From NCBI RefSeq assembly GCF_001194135.2, contig NC_068998.1:28167121-28220678 (forward strand): DNA of 53,558 nucleotides, given 5' to 3'. How positions within the stretch are numbered: the first letter of the stretch is position 1; every line of letters begins with the position of its first letter. The stretch comes from Octopus bimaculoides (Eukaryota). The position numbers and the translations under genes were made by a program. Positions 36,330-49,200 of this stretch are shown here, piece after piece. The notes beneath the pieces were generated by a model that worked only from the letters and a program-made list of their open reading frames with translations, did no database searches and had not been told where the DNA came from.

Positions 36330-36710
36330 AAATTTTGGCACAAGTCCAGCAATTTTGAAGGGAGGAGCAAGTCAGTTACATCGATTCCATTTTTTGACCT
36401 GTACTTTATTTTATCGATTCCGAAAGGATGAAAGGTAAGCCAAGCTTGGCAGAATTTGACAGTAAAGAGCCAGAAAAAATTGCTGCTAAGCATTTTGTTT
36501 GGCGCTAACGGTTCCGCCGGGCTCAAATTTTTGCACAAGACCAGCAATTTTAAAGGGGGGAGGGGTAGTCGATTACATTGACTCCAGTGCTTGACTGATA
36601 CTTTATTTTATTTACCTCCGAAAGGATGAAAGACAAAGTTGATCCCGAACGTAACGAGCTGGAACTAATATTGCAAAAGCAATTTCCGACACTCAAACAA
36701 TTTTGCTAGC
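36330..36710 (-). mobile_element. Pair of SINEs (reverse)
   Basis: Two reverse copies of the family core (gaaaggatgaaagg/ac...). Confidence 0.75.
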
Positions 36711-36731
36711 ACGCCGACTTAATAATGTTTT

Positions 36732-37330
36732 CTTTATTAAAGGTTTACAAAAACATTAGTGACGGTAACAGACGATAAAATGTGGGATTACATGAAAGAG
36801 CCGGTAAAAAGGAAAAATAACAGTAACAGTCAATTTCAAACAATGAAAATTCCCCACACAGAGGGAGATTCCCGAGAGCTACTCGTGGAAACCCCAGAAA
36901 TCACGGTTACACTAAGGCAAGTACCTTCTCAATGTCCTTTAGAAGTCTATAGACGCATGCTCAGAGTAGGCCCGTGACCCGTTCACTCGGATTAATGCTC
37001 GCCTCTCTTATTCACCTATCAACGAACTTGCTAGGAGACTGCACTTCCATCAATAACCTGACATTTTTTTCAAGTAAAACTTGAAAAAGTTTACGAGGGC
37101 TTTACTTATTTGTCTTCAGCCCTTTCAATCTGACCTAAATTACAACCTCTTTCGCTAAGACCATTATACAGATAAAGACTGCCTATCTTCCCTGGTCAAA
37201 GGTAGGCAGGGGAACGATTTTTGCAATGGATTCAGCTCAAGGACTGATCTCTGCTACACGCGACAGCAATTGTGTTCGACACAAGTCAGCAATGCTCGGA
37301 CACTGGTCGTATATTGTTGCTGAGTGCTTC
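36732..37330 (-). mobile_element. L1/Tx1-like 3' end (ORF2 C-terminus plus 3' UTR)
   Basis: Minus frame KIVPLPTFDQGR*AVFICIMVLAKEVVI*VRLKGLKTN...SPSKFVDR*, homologous to 14750-14950 and 50520-50700; UTR ends aataaag. Confidence 0.75.
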
Positions 37331-37566
37331 CTGGTCTCATCCTGTGTAGAAAATCTCTATCTCCTCTGTGTTGTATTTCCCCCACTGGCGATGTATATGT
37401 TGAATGTCCCAGATGGGTCTGAGACACCTCTTTTTGGCAGTTGTGTAGCCTGCTCTGTTTTCCTACTAATTTTTGTTATAGTTTTGTATATCACTGGTTT
37501 TAGGTTGGTTTCTGCCTGGATGGGTTCCAATATGCTTAACGCAACGTTTCGTCCGGACTTTGTATG

Positions 37567-38680
37567 CTTTATTAAAGGTTTACAAAAACATTAGTGACGG
37601 TAACAGACGATAAAATGTGGGATTACATGAAAGAGCCGGTAAAAAGGAAAAATAACAGTAACAGTCAATTTCAAACAATGAAACAGTAAAGTAATTCTGC
37701 CAAGTATTGGTGATCGATCCTATCAAAGACTGTCCAAATTGATCAGGGCCTTACCCATGCAAGCTTCTTTACTCACCCTATCTATGATGTATCGCATGCG
37801 GCAGAGGTTTTTGTGGATGGATCTTCTTGGGATTGCACATGTTTGCGCTTCACCAATCAGTTCCTCGACAACATGCGCCAACCGCTTTGCGAACACTGTG
37901 GCCAAAATTTTGAAATCGGCATTCAGCAACGTTATGGGCTTAACATTTTCTATTTCAACCCTTTTTATTGGGTCTTTTCTCAGCAGGGCTACTGCTCCTC
38001 GACTCACAAAATTAGGAATTTTCCTGTTCTGCTGCCAGTTTCGGTAGATGTCTGCTAAAAGGGCATCAAACAAGTCTGGCATATAAAGCTCGTAGGGACA
38101 GACTATTCATACCAGGTGAATACACCCCTACCTTCTGCAACCCATCGCATCCCATATTTTTGTGGCTGTTATCGGCATTTCGCAACGCTCTGTCTCACCC
38201 CACTCCCGGCCAGGAGTTGTGTGACATGCCGTTGAGGTAGGCACTGAAGTCCATCCTGCGTTCTGGATTGCCATTCATCCCAGACAGTTGGGCAAAGTGC
38301 CGCTGAAATGCCGCACACATCTGCTCAGGCTCGAGTACCGTGCGCCCATTTTGGTCCACCAAAGATCGAACTGTGACTTTGTTGCCACGTTGCAACTCTG
38401 CCACTCGGGTCCATCGAGCGGCTTTCGTTCCTTCTTGTCTTAGAGCATGTGCCTTAGCTCTGACAATGCAACCTTCGTATTTAACGTTGAAGGATTAGTC
38501 CAAGGTCAACCTCGCTACCAGCACTTAGGTTGTAATGCCTTTCCTAAGCACCTCTTCTAAGTTTCTAAGTTCCCTTCTATTTTATTTCTTTCTCTCACTA
38601 ATGCCTTACTGCTCTAATTGCTCTTTTCAGAACAAACCACCATTTCTTGTTGACGATTTCCCTCGTCAATGCTTAAGATG
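37567..38680 (-). mobile_element. L1/Tx1-like internal fragment (linker plus RT N-half) fused to the 3' UTR tip
   Basis: IVNKKWWFVLKRAIR, KYEGCIVRAKA, VTVRSLVDQNG, ITLLNADFKILA, IGEAQTCAIPRRSI, ALINLD..FDRIDHQYL, then an abrupt join near 37690 to the 117-bp 3' end. Confidence 0.85.
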
Positions 38681-38723
38681 CTTGCTAACTGTTGGAATGG
38701 GTCTTTGTTACATGGAGTTGTTA

Positions 38724-39990
38724 CTGGGTTAGCCAAAAAGTCCATTCGGTTTTTCAAACGGAAATAAGATAAAACTTTTAAGCACAAAGTGATTTGTACT
38801 ATCAATGCTATTATTACCATTTCGTTCCCCTATCTTCTGCCATCTTGTGGGCAGATCCATTACTCCCTTGGCAAAAAAAAAACTCTTCCAGGTGAATTTT
38901 GACATCCTCTTCAAAGTTGAAGGTCTGTCCATTCAATGAATTTTGAAGAGACTGAAACAAGTGGAAATCTAAAGGCGCAAGATTGGCTAAATAAGGAGGG
39001 TCTAGCAAAACTTCCCAGCCAAGCCCAATAACTTCTGCCGTGTCTGCAAAGAAGTGTGCAGTCTGGCATTGTCGTGTTAAAAGGCAATGCCCTTACGATT
39101 AGCAAGTATTAGATGCTTCTGGGATAGTTGCAGCGTCTAATTTGTCCAGCCGGTCACAATACACATCCGAATTGATAGTCTTGTCCGTGGGAAGAATCTC
39201 GTAAAAGACAACACACTTCCAGTCCCACCAAATTAAAAGCATAACCTTGTTTGAGTGAAATCCTGCTTTACAGGTCATTTGTTGTGGTTCACCGCGTTTC
39301 CTCTATGATCGTGTGTGCTTCACATAATTATAGACGATCTATTTTTCATCCCCCGTCACAGCTCACTTCAGAAAAGGTTTTCTTCATGTTTCTCTAACGA
39401 ATCGTAATTGGAAATCCATTGGGCGAGGTTAACCATATTCAGTTAGTGTGCGACCCAAACATCGAGCCTGCTGATGTAACCGAGTTAATGTAGATGGTTT
39501 TCAACACTCTCTTTGGATATTAGAGAATATCTGCGATCATCCTGGTCGTATAATGGGGATTGGTGTGGTTGGTGTCGATTAACTCCTTCATTTTGTTGTC
39601 GTTAATCTCAGTTGGACAGCCAGAGCGAAGTGTATCTTGAACCGCAAAATTTCCCGATTGAAATCTTGAAAACGACTTCTGGCACACACGTTCTGTAAAA
39701 ACATCCTCTCCGTATACAACGCATATTTTCCTTCAGGTTGCTGCCTCTTGCCTTTTTCAAAATAAAAAAGCATGAAGTTTTCATAGTATTTGTTTTGGTT
39801 CCCCATTTTCAGAGTGATTCCAAGCACACAAAATACAACTTGTCTCATTGTAAGTACGCGTCGAACTAAGTTGAAATTTTAACTATCTAACGAGTGCACA
39901 TGCGCAAGGGACAGATTGAAGTTAGCAACTTATTAGAAAGCTTGAAATTTAGTATCGACAAAATTTGAACAGACTTTTTGACCTACCCAA
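38724..39990 (-). mobile_element. Full-length degenerate mariner (1267 bp)
   Basis: Imperfect TIRs (ctgggttagccaaaaagtccattc versus reverse complement ttgggtaggtcaaaaagtctgttc) flanked by TA; frameshifted LFYFEKGK, PPYLANLAPLDFHLFQSLQNSLNG. Confidence 0.85.
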
Positions 39991-40009
39991 TATTAGGAGA
40001 GGTGATTTT

Positions 40010-40215
40010 AAGGTGGCGAGCTGGTAGAAACATTAGTGCTGAACGAAAGGTTTGACGGGGTTTTTCTGCCGCCTTTTTATGCTCCGAGCTAAAATATCAC
40101 TGAGGTCTACCTTGCCTTTTATCCTTCCGGAATCGATAAAATAAAGTAGCAGCTAAGTACGGAGTTGATGTAATTGACTAGCCACCCACCCCATAAAATT
40201 TCTGGCTTTTTACGG
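40010..40215 (+). mobile_element. SINE
   Basis: aaggtggcgagctggtagaaac...gaggtctaccttgccttttatcc...gataaaataaagtagcag. Confidence 0.65.
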
Positions 40216-40903
40216 TATGAGCATTACTAGAGTTATTGATGATGTAACTTGTTTTGTAAAGAGTTGAAGTCTTTTGTTTTGTGATTTATGTTGGATATAA
40301 ATGTTTCCCGTTTTCTTTTGGTTTATTTTATTTAGTTGCTCGATGCTGAATTTTATTTATGTTGTAGTGTTGGTGAATTTTCTTTGAGGTTAACCATATA
40401 TTTGTGATTGCATTGACTATTTTATTGCATAGTTAGGTTTACATTTTTTTTAATGCAGCCTCTACATTTATTCTATTGAGTGCTAGTGCAACAGACTTTG
40501 TATTGCTGATTGTGAGAGTTTTTGAATTTCGTGAATTTTAAATTCTATCTCTTGAAAGAAATGGTTTCACCGTACTTTTTCTAAGTTAGTGAAAGTCTTT
40601 CGCTTTGTTCATTGCTGTTCAGTATGTTGTGACAATGATAAACTGGAAGCTAGATATGTCGTGATGGAGTGTGTGATTGTTTCGGCAGCTAAAATGTGTG
40701 TAGAACAGAGGTGTTGTATGGAGAACAGTTATTGTAGTTAGCTTGGATAGGTTTGTGGATATTTTAGAGTGGCCTGATTAAAAATGTAAAGTCAATGTAG
40801 TAGTGGTGATTTTTGACTCTTCACATGTAACTTTATTGCTTGTATGAGTGTATGTGTGCAATAAGGTATATATGTATACATTAAAGTATACGTGTGCATT
40901 AAA

Positions 40904-40905
<2 letters not shown>

Positions 40906-40997
<92 letters not shown>
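40906..40997. repeat. Long (TA)n microsatellite; others at about 7738, 10748, 11437, 24050, 34830 and 35020-35205
   Basis: Directly visible; several abut N gaps. Confidence 0.95.
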
Positions 40998-41000
<3 letters not shown>

Positions 41001-41399
41001 TACATTAAAGTGTATATATGTACATTGAAGTATACATGTGTACATTAAAATGGATGTGTGTACGTTAAAGAATATGTGTATATTAGAATATACAGGTGTA
41101 CTTTAAAGTATGTGTGAGTACATTAAAACATATGTATATGTGTGTGTGTGTGTGTACCTTAAAGTATCAGGCTGAGTAAAAAGTTAGCAACATTTTGAAC
41201 CATGAAGAATTTATACCGGATTTTTGCAGAGTTTTATATTTTTTAAATCATTTTTTTGAAATTGTCTGATAACACAGACATAGACTTGCTCAAAAGCATC
41301 AATAAATTAACATTGATATTTTTTCTTTTCGCCGTTGTTACAATCATCTCTGTTTTTGAGTAGTTTGTGAATTTCACTGTTCGTTGTATAGTTTGTTTT

Positions 41400-43020
41400 A
41401 CTATATTTTATTACCTGCTTGCAGGCTTTGTTTGTTACAGTTGTTTTCCTGTGAGTGAAACGTTGTTGAAAAATTTTATTGTAAAAATACTGGTATACTG
41501 TTTTCCTCTCCCAAGGAGGAAGGATTTATGAACTGTTAATTTTGTGAACTGTGATACATTTATTGTGTTCCAGTGTTGGAACATTGTTTGTGGAATTTTT
41601 TGCTTTAAAAAAAAATTATTATGTCATCGGTAGAAGAATCTACCAAAACTAAAAAGAATTTTGCCTCCGTTGTGGGACGACTTGAAATTATTTCCTTGAA
41701 AAAGGAAGACATTCAATCATTCTTCAAGATGATTTCTGAAATAGACGGCGAAAGTAAGATTGCACCCCCCAGTGAAATCATAAGCAAAAAAAAAAAAAAA
41801 AGAGAAAACAATTGTATATAAAACATGTTACATGTTGGTACTCCGTCGGTTACGACGACGAGGGTTCCAGTTAATCCGATCAACGGAACAGCCTGCTCGT
41901 GAAATTAACGTGCAAGTGGCTGAGCACTCCACAGACACGTGTACTCTTAACGTAGTTCTCGAGGAGATTCAGCGTGACATAGAGTGTGACAAGGCTGGCC
42001 CTTTGAAATACAGGTACAACAGGAAGAAAGAGTGAGAGAAAGTTGTGGTGAAAGAGTACAGCAGGGTTCACCGCCCCTCTGCCGGAGCCTCGTGGAGCTT
42101 TAGGTGTTTTCGCTCAATAAACACTCACAATGCCCGGTCTGGAAATCGAAACTGCGATCCTAAGACCACGAGTCCGCTGCCCTAACCACTGGGCCATTGC
42201 GCCTCCACTGTATAAAACATACGACCAAATAAACAAGAAGCTGGAACATTTCGAAGTAGGTACTATCGAGAAGTGCCTCGGACCAGTCATGAGAGAGGCA
42301 CCAAATTCGCAACTGTAGAGGCAGGATTCGAGTCACCCGAGAGGGCGCGGGAGTACTCAACTCGAACCTTGCAAAACGAACAAATGGCACTGCTGTCGTT
42401 ATATTTGGGATGTAGAACGTCCCGGACACGGATTACAAACATCCCGCCGGAGGTGGAGGTCGCATGGATTTTGACCACGCTTCTTTTTGAAAGAGAGGAA
42501 AAAATTCAAGAGATGCCCCGCAGAATTGGAGGGGACAGACACTGGAGATTCTGGCACAGGCCACGTCCAGCGACCTCGAGAACCTCCCCGAAAAAAATAC
42601 ACATCGGCGAGGAGACCGTGCTGGCTGTGAATGTAGAATGTAGACGGCCGAGATGCTTCAAGTGCGGGAAGAAAGGACATCTGAGGTCCAAGTGTCCGAN
42701 NNNNNNNNNNNNNNNNNNNNNNNNNNNNNNNNNNNNNNNNNNNNNNNNNNNNNNNNNNNNNNNNNNNNNNNNNNNNNNNNNNNNNNNNNNNNNNNNNNNN
42801 NNNNNNNNNNNNNNNNNNNNNNNNNNNNNNNNNNNNNNNNNNNNNNNNNNNNNNNNNNNNNNNNNNNNNNNNNNNNNNNNNNNNNNNNNNNNNNNNNNNN
42901 NNNNNNNNNNNNNNNNNNNNNNNNNNNNNNNNNNNNNNNNNNNNNNNNNNNNNNNNNNNNNNNNNNNNNNNNNNNNNNNNNNNNNNNNNNNNNNNNNNNN
43001 NNNNNNNNNNNNNNNNNNNN

Positions 43021-43062
<42 letters not shown>

Positions 43063-46000
43063 GAAGTAGAAAAAAAGGAGACAAAAAGGGAAAAGAAATA
43101 TAAAATATAAAAAATAGAGGTCCCAGAAAGACCAGAGACAATTATGGTGATTTACAAAAACACCAACAAATATTTGGATGGGGTAATCAGGCCCCACTTA
43201 CAGTCCAGAATATATGCAAACGAAAACGGGAAGAACCCCAAATCGATTAGGAGGATATCCCTAAAGCTATACAATGAAGTAAAGCAAAGACAGCCGAGAG
43301 GCATAATTGAGCTCAAGGCGCTACCAAAAACCTTCAATCCGCCGGCTGAACCACGTTTGGAAGAGAGGAAAGGAGAGGTAGAACAGATTCTAGTGGTACT
43401 GAGATCAGTCCCCCTCGAGTAATGAAAAGGTAGGTAAGCCTAATTGTCCTTCTTTCCGTCTTGTGACATGGCTACACTAAGTATTGGATGTTTAAATGTG
43501 CGTGGCCTGAGTTCGAAGTGGAAGCAAGCTTGTTTCCTAAACGACCTCAAGTTACATAGAATAACTGTAATGGTTGCTACGGAGACCCAGCTGGACAAAC
43601 TGTAGACTTTTTCGACTCTCCTGAATGACTATGAGAAAATCATGTCTCCTAGACAGACCGGAGGGAGGGGTGGCGTTGTAGTCTTGATCTGGAAAAACTT
43701 GACTCTGCAGATATGTACGATCTTTGCAAACCCAGAAGGTGAGTTGGTCGTTGATCAGTGGTAAAAGCTTCAGGTTAATTGGCATTTACGCGCCGAGCAC
43801 AGAAGGCAAACGGAATGATTTCTATCGTCGTCTGGATAATTTTCTGGTAACGCCAAAGACACTAGTACTGTTAGGAGACTTTAACGCTATTCTGGATGCA
43901 CGCCAGAATAGCGTGGGCTCGAATAATAGGAAAAGTAACTCACGCCTCGTCGATCTGTTGAAGCGATTTAGGCTGGCAGATCGATACAGACTTGATAATC
44001 CGAGCTTTCCAATGTGGACTTGGAGTAATAACTATGGATCAATCAGGTCTTACATAGACAGGATTAGAGTTAATTCTAAAGATAAGTCTACTTTTAGCTG
44101 TCCACAATTTACCTGTGTCTCCTATACGGATCACAAATTAGTGAAGTGTAGGATGCATATAGATAAGGTACATAGACAGGGATCTGGCTACTGGAAGTTG
44201 AACAAGTCCCTTTTGGCTTGTGAAACTTGTCGTAGTCAGATTAAGAAGTTAGTAACGAGGGTATTAACTGGCACTGTGTTAAATAGCCAGTGGTGGTGTG
44301 CCCTCAAACGAACCATAAAAATTGAGTCAATTAGATTTAGTAAACAGTTAAGTTTAGAACAGGCCAGAGTAGAAGAGAAGTTAGTTAAGGCATTAGAAGA
44401 GGCGCTGAAAGTGGGCTCTGCACCCCAAGTTTTGGCGGCGACACCTCAATACCAAACACGAAGGATGCAGGGTTCAGGCTAAAGTACGTGCATTGGGCTG
44501 TGAGGGTATCAACGTTGCCGGGTGGGCTCGCTCGGTAGAAATCCGACGTGGCATTGAAGCTACGGTAAGGTCTTTGGTCGATGAAAATGAACGGGAGATC
44601 CAAAGACAAGAAGTGATGTGTAAGATCTTTTACGAGCACTTCGCCGCGTTGTTCGGGAGCGACGGGGCGCTGGACCATGGGGTGGTGCCCTACGGGATTT
44701 CCTGGCCGGTGGCCTGCGTATCTCGGTGCGAGAGGCTGAGCGCTGTGAAAGGAAGGCCGATCACAACCGCAGAGGTTATAGAGGTGCTTTCCGACTGCCC
44801 CGGGGACATCTCACCGGGATTGGATGGTCAATCGCACGAATTTTATAAAAGTATGCCAGACTTGTTCGGGAACATACTGGCCGGTGTATACGCGAATTGG
44901 CAGCAGAATGGGAGAATTCCCAAATCCGTGAGCCGAGGAGTGGTGACACTGATCAGGAAGGACCAGAACAAGGGGGATATCGTTAATAATTTCCGGTCCA
45001 TAACTCTGCAAAACACAGAGTTAAAGATTTTGGCCAAGGCTAAGAAAGTGAGGCTTGTCGTGGGCAACCTGGTGGGAGAGGCGCAGACATGCGCCATCCC
45101 AGGAAAAACGATACACGACAACCTTCATCTCATTAGATACACCATAGATCGGGTTAGTAAAGTTCCTGGCAAGGGTGGAGCACTGGTGAATTTGGACAGG
45201 GTTGACCGTCGGTATGGCAGCCAGTCTTCCAGGCGGTCGGACTGGGCCCGACTTTCCGTGGCTGGATCCAATTTATGTATAGCGATATCGAATCCGTTGT
45301 CCGTGTAAAAGGTTTCTTCCCGAAACCGTGCGCGATCGAACGTTCAGTTCGCCAGGGTTTCCCCCTGTCCCCGCTTTTGTATGTATTGGCTCTTGAGCCA
45401 CTGCCCCGGAGGTTGGGAGCATTGGGGGGTGATCTGCGTGATCTACGTTACGGGAGAAGAGCGACGGCGTACGCGGATGATGTCACCATCATCGTGTCTG
45501 ATGAAAGGCAGCTACCTTGTGTAGAAGACGCCATCAAAAGATACGAAGCGGTGTCAGGGGCAAAAATTAACCTGGAAAAAATCAGTCAGCTTGCAACTCG
45601 GCATCTGGAGGGGCAAGTCGATGCCTCCCAACAGCGTCGTGGGACGTTGGACGGAGGATCCGGTTAAATTGCTCGGAGTCTGATTTGGGCCAGACCTCCA
45701 GATGGAGAAAAACTGGAGCGAGGTTACAAGCAAGGTGACTGCCCTAACCCAGACCTGGTCTGGGAGGACGTTATCCTTGCTAGGGAGGTCCGAGGCTGTA
45801 CAGGTGTTTATAACATCTGTGATAACGTACCACCTAACTGTCGTGCTTTGCCCCAAGTTGTGGCCGAACAAGTTGGAACAGATCCTCTTCCACTTTTTGT
45901 GGAAGGGGAAACCACCACTTGTAAGGCGCTCAATCTGCTGCCAGAAACCATCAAAGGGCAGGTTTGGGATACCGTGGCTGATGATGCGCAAATTTCCGCT

Positions 46001-46400
46001 CAGGCTGAGACATCTCTGGCTCTACCTGGATGGTGAACAGGTGTGGTCACCGCACGTCAAGTTCCTTTTTCCACAGTCAACGTCCCTCCGAGATTTAAAC
46101 CCATGGATCAGGCGTAGACCTGGAATGGGCGAATGGCAGAAGGAGTGTAGACAAGCACTCACTCTGCTCTCCCGGGCGAGCAATACCGGCAACGGGGCTA
46201 CCACTGCGGATTTTTATAGCGGGTTGGTAGAGCATAAGTCTGACGACAGTCTGGAGGAGACTCTAGGCTTCGATAGAGACCAGCTAATCAACCTGTTCGG
46301 GAGGACATTTGGGCCGAGGTATCTGGATAACTTCCAGAAATCCCTGGCTTGGTTGTGCTACCGATCGGCTTTACCGGTTCAAGAGAGGTTGTCAAAGCAC
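41400..46400 (+). mobile_element. Long L1/Tx1-like LINE (5' UTR, ORF1, EN, RT), 3'-truncated, degenerate
   Basis: Putative ORF1 start at 41621; knuckle RPRCFKCGKKGHLRSKC at about 42645; ORF2 from about 43470 (LSIGCLNVRG, VLLGDFN, SYIDRI, YTDHKLV, YWKLNKSLL, SPGLDG, ITLQNTELKILAK, RQGFPLSPLLYVLALEP, AYADDV, WKGKPPLVRR). Many frameshifts; 5' boundary uncertain. Confidence 0.9.
42062..42208 (-). mobile_element. tRNA-derived SINE inserted in LINE ORF1
   Basis: Minus strand gtggaggcgcaatggcccagtggttagggcagcggactcg...gtttcgatttccagacc has A- and B-box-like motifs and retained CpGs. Confidence 0.8.
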
Positions 46401-46401
46401 G

Positions 46402-47380
46402 ATTTTACCAGGGTACGCTTACACGATTTGAGGAGGATTGCTGGGAAACCCTCAGGACCAGCATTTGAGTTTGCGTTCATCTCATCTATGGCTAGTAGTA
46501 TATCTTCTTCACTAATGTCGATGTATTCCATCGTAATTGTCTCGCTGGTTATAGGTGAGGCGTTAAAGAAATCCACTGGTTCGTTCACTTATCTGTGTTC
46601 CAACGGAGTGGTAAAGACACTTTTGAACTGGTTATTCAGTACGTCACTGATCCTAATTGGACTATCAGTGAGGGAATCATCCTTTTGGAAGAGGAGTCCT
46701 ATCTTGCAGCGTACTGATGCTATTTCTTTCGCATATTGAAAGAAGGCCTTTGGGTTTGACTTAAAGTTTTTTATAACCCAGGCTTCTTTGTCTGCTCTCT
46801 CCCTCACTTAGGATTGTTGCAGGCTTTTTTCAATCTCCATTAGTGTTGGTTTTTGGCGGGACTTATGGCTACTTTTGGAATGTTGGTTGAGGCGATTTGT
46901 AACCTTCGTCCGTCGTCTCATAAGGATCTTCCTCTCCCTTGGAATCTTGTTCCTTTTTGTGCTGGCCTTGTGCTCTGGGACATATCTCTGGCATATGGTT
47001 TGCATAACAGACATGAAATATTCTATTTTCATGCCAATGTCTGGTGTGGAGAGACATTTCGGTCTGTTTTGTCTGAGGATCTCTTTTTGGATCGATTTCC
47101 AATCTGCTTTGTGGAAGTTCAGATTGGAGAGATTTTGAGCGCTTCCTTTAGGTTGTATGTCTGGCTATTTTTGACCCATACATAGACAGCTCTATTATGT
47201 TGGGATCCGAGACTAATGTCGGCTTCACTTTCACATCATGAACGATGTCTATATTGCTTGTGAAGCAGAGATCCCAAATGTTATTCGCCCTAGTTAGTCT
47301 GAGTACAACTTGCTCCATGAATAGGACATTGGTGAGATTGAGAAGGGACTCCACCTGTGCTTGCTTGCAATGAGTCATAT
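46402..47380 (-). mobile_element. CR1-clade LINE fragment (EN end to RT start)
   Basis: QVVLRLTRANNIWDLCFTSN, SDPNIIE, IKNFKSNPKAFFQYAK, VLNNQFKSVFT, AIDEMNANSNAGPEGFPAILLK. Confidence 0.85.
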
Positions 47381-47412
47381 CTGAGAGCAGTTGTATCTAT
47401 CAATCTATCTTT

Positions 47413-47454
<42 letters not shown>

Positions 47455-47507
47455 ATATAATACACACACACACACATATATATATGTATGTATATGTGTA
47501 TATTCAT

Positions 47508-48230
47508 ATCTATTATATAAAAGTCAATGTCTTTATGTGTGTTTGTGTGTTATTTATACATTCGAAAACTACTGCATCGATCCTAATGAAATTTGGAACA
47601 CAAAATCCAAGCCTAGGGAGAAGAGTAATACTGTGTGTTTCATACAATTTCATGGACCAAAATTACTGAATGGATCCTTATGATATTTGGAACTTAGATT
47701 CAATGCATAAGAGCAGGTATAATGCAATATGTTTGGTTTGAATTTGAGATGGCATAGGGGGAAGAACCCCAATGAAAATTCATAAATTTTCGATGTTGAT
47801 GAAATTTCAACCATGGGTAATTGACACACATCAAATTGTATTCTCAAACTTTCCACTTCTCATGAGGATTCTAAGACCCCCTAATGAGGGCCTTATCTCC
47901 AAGATTTTAGTCATTTTTTATGATCCAAAACTAGGTCAAAAGTACTGAAGGGAAATTTATGAAATTTGGTAATTATATTCTATGCACAAGGGCTATAACC
48001 ACCATGAAAATTCATATATTTTTGCTGTTGATGAAATTTTAACCACAGATATTAGACACAGATGAAGTAATATTTCTAAAATTTCATCTTCTTAGAAGTT
48101 AGAAAGACCTCTTCATGGGGACTTAACACCCACAAGTTAGTCATTTTATCTAAGCAAAGACGAATGCAGTTATACTCTTGGAAGCTGTAGGGTCACCCGA
48201 GCACAAAAGATGAACGTTATTTGTAATTCA
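47508..48230 (+). mobile_element. Putative non-autonomous Helitron-like element with ~233-bp internal repeats
   Basis: Starts tctattatataaaag, with aaaactactgcatcgatcctaatgaaatttgg subterminal motif; repeat unit atgaaaattcat...gttgatgaaattt.aacca at about 47772 and 48005. No clear CTRR 3' end. Confidence 0.4.
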
Positions 48231-48529
48231 TTGATACAAGAGTGTAAGAGTTTGCTTTGAGATATACTTACATTGTGATTTCTGCAATGTGGTGCATAAA
48301 TTGTCAAGTAAACGAGAGGCATCCTTGCCTCTACTCATTCAGTTGCAAAGTGTTGAGTAAAGTTATTTTCTTTCAGACCTCCTTTGAGTCTTTTTATTAT
48401 CACTGGGTGAGAGACACTGGGTCGTCACTCCTTCTCGCTCGGACGCGCACCTCTTACTTCAATTTGCTGGTACCACAGGAAAACGCGTCATCATAATCAG
48501 CTATTGTCACAGTTTAGAGCAATCTGTCA

Positions 48530-49200
48530 AAAGCCGAGGCCAGCCATTAGCCTTCTTCTCACGCCAGCTAAAAATGCTGAATTGAGATACAGTATGTTTG
48601 GTTAAGAACTCTTACCAATTAACCTGGCGGTGAAGCATTTCTCTTATCTTCTCGAAGGTAGAGATTTCACGAATTTCATCGACCACAAACCGCTAACGTT
48701 CGCTCTCTTTGCCAAAACGGGCCGGTACTCGCCCAGAGAAACAAGGCATTTGTTCTACATATCACAGTTCACTAGTGACATTCGCCACATCGCTGGCACT
48801 GATAACATCCCCACCGACGCCTTATCTCGCCTGCCTATCGGTGCATTGTCGTCTCTTGCTTCAATTGATTTGGTTACTATGGCTACTGACCAACCCTCCT
48901 CGGACTCTCTGGACGTCTCTTCACCACAGTTTTCCTGCTGTAAGTTTGAACACCTGCCTCTGTCTTTATCTGAAGGAACTATTTTCTGCGATGTTTCTAC
49001 CAGGTCACTACGACCCCTCGTTCCTGAATGCCACCGTAGTGCTGTTTTTGAAGCACTGCATTCACTGTCACACCCGGCATTGCGGCCACAGTAAAGCTTA
49101 TCTCGGCCTGCTTTTTCTGGCTGAATATGCGTCGGTCTACTACTGCTTGGTCACGTCCTTGTCTTCCATGTCCGCATCCCAAGGTGTATCGTCACGTGAA
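48530..49200 (+). mobile_element. Ty3/Gypsy pol fragment (RNase H end, linker, integrase zinc finger)
   Basis: VKHFSYLLEGRDFTNFIDHKPLTFA...RHLFYISQFTSDIRHIAGTDNIPTDALSR...RPLVPECHRSAVFEALHSLSHP; no LTRs seen. Confidence 0.9.

Noticed and set aside
40250-40770. Possible CR1/L2 RT remnant on the minus strand (NKIQHRATK)
   Set aside because: Only one short motif in heavily decayed sequence; not enough to call.
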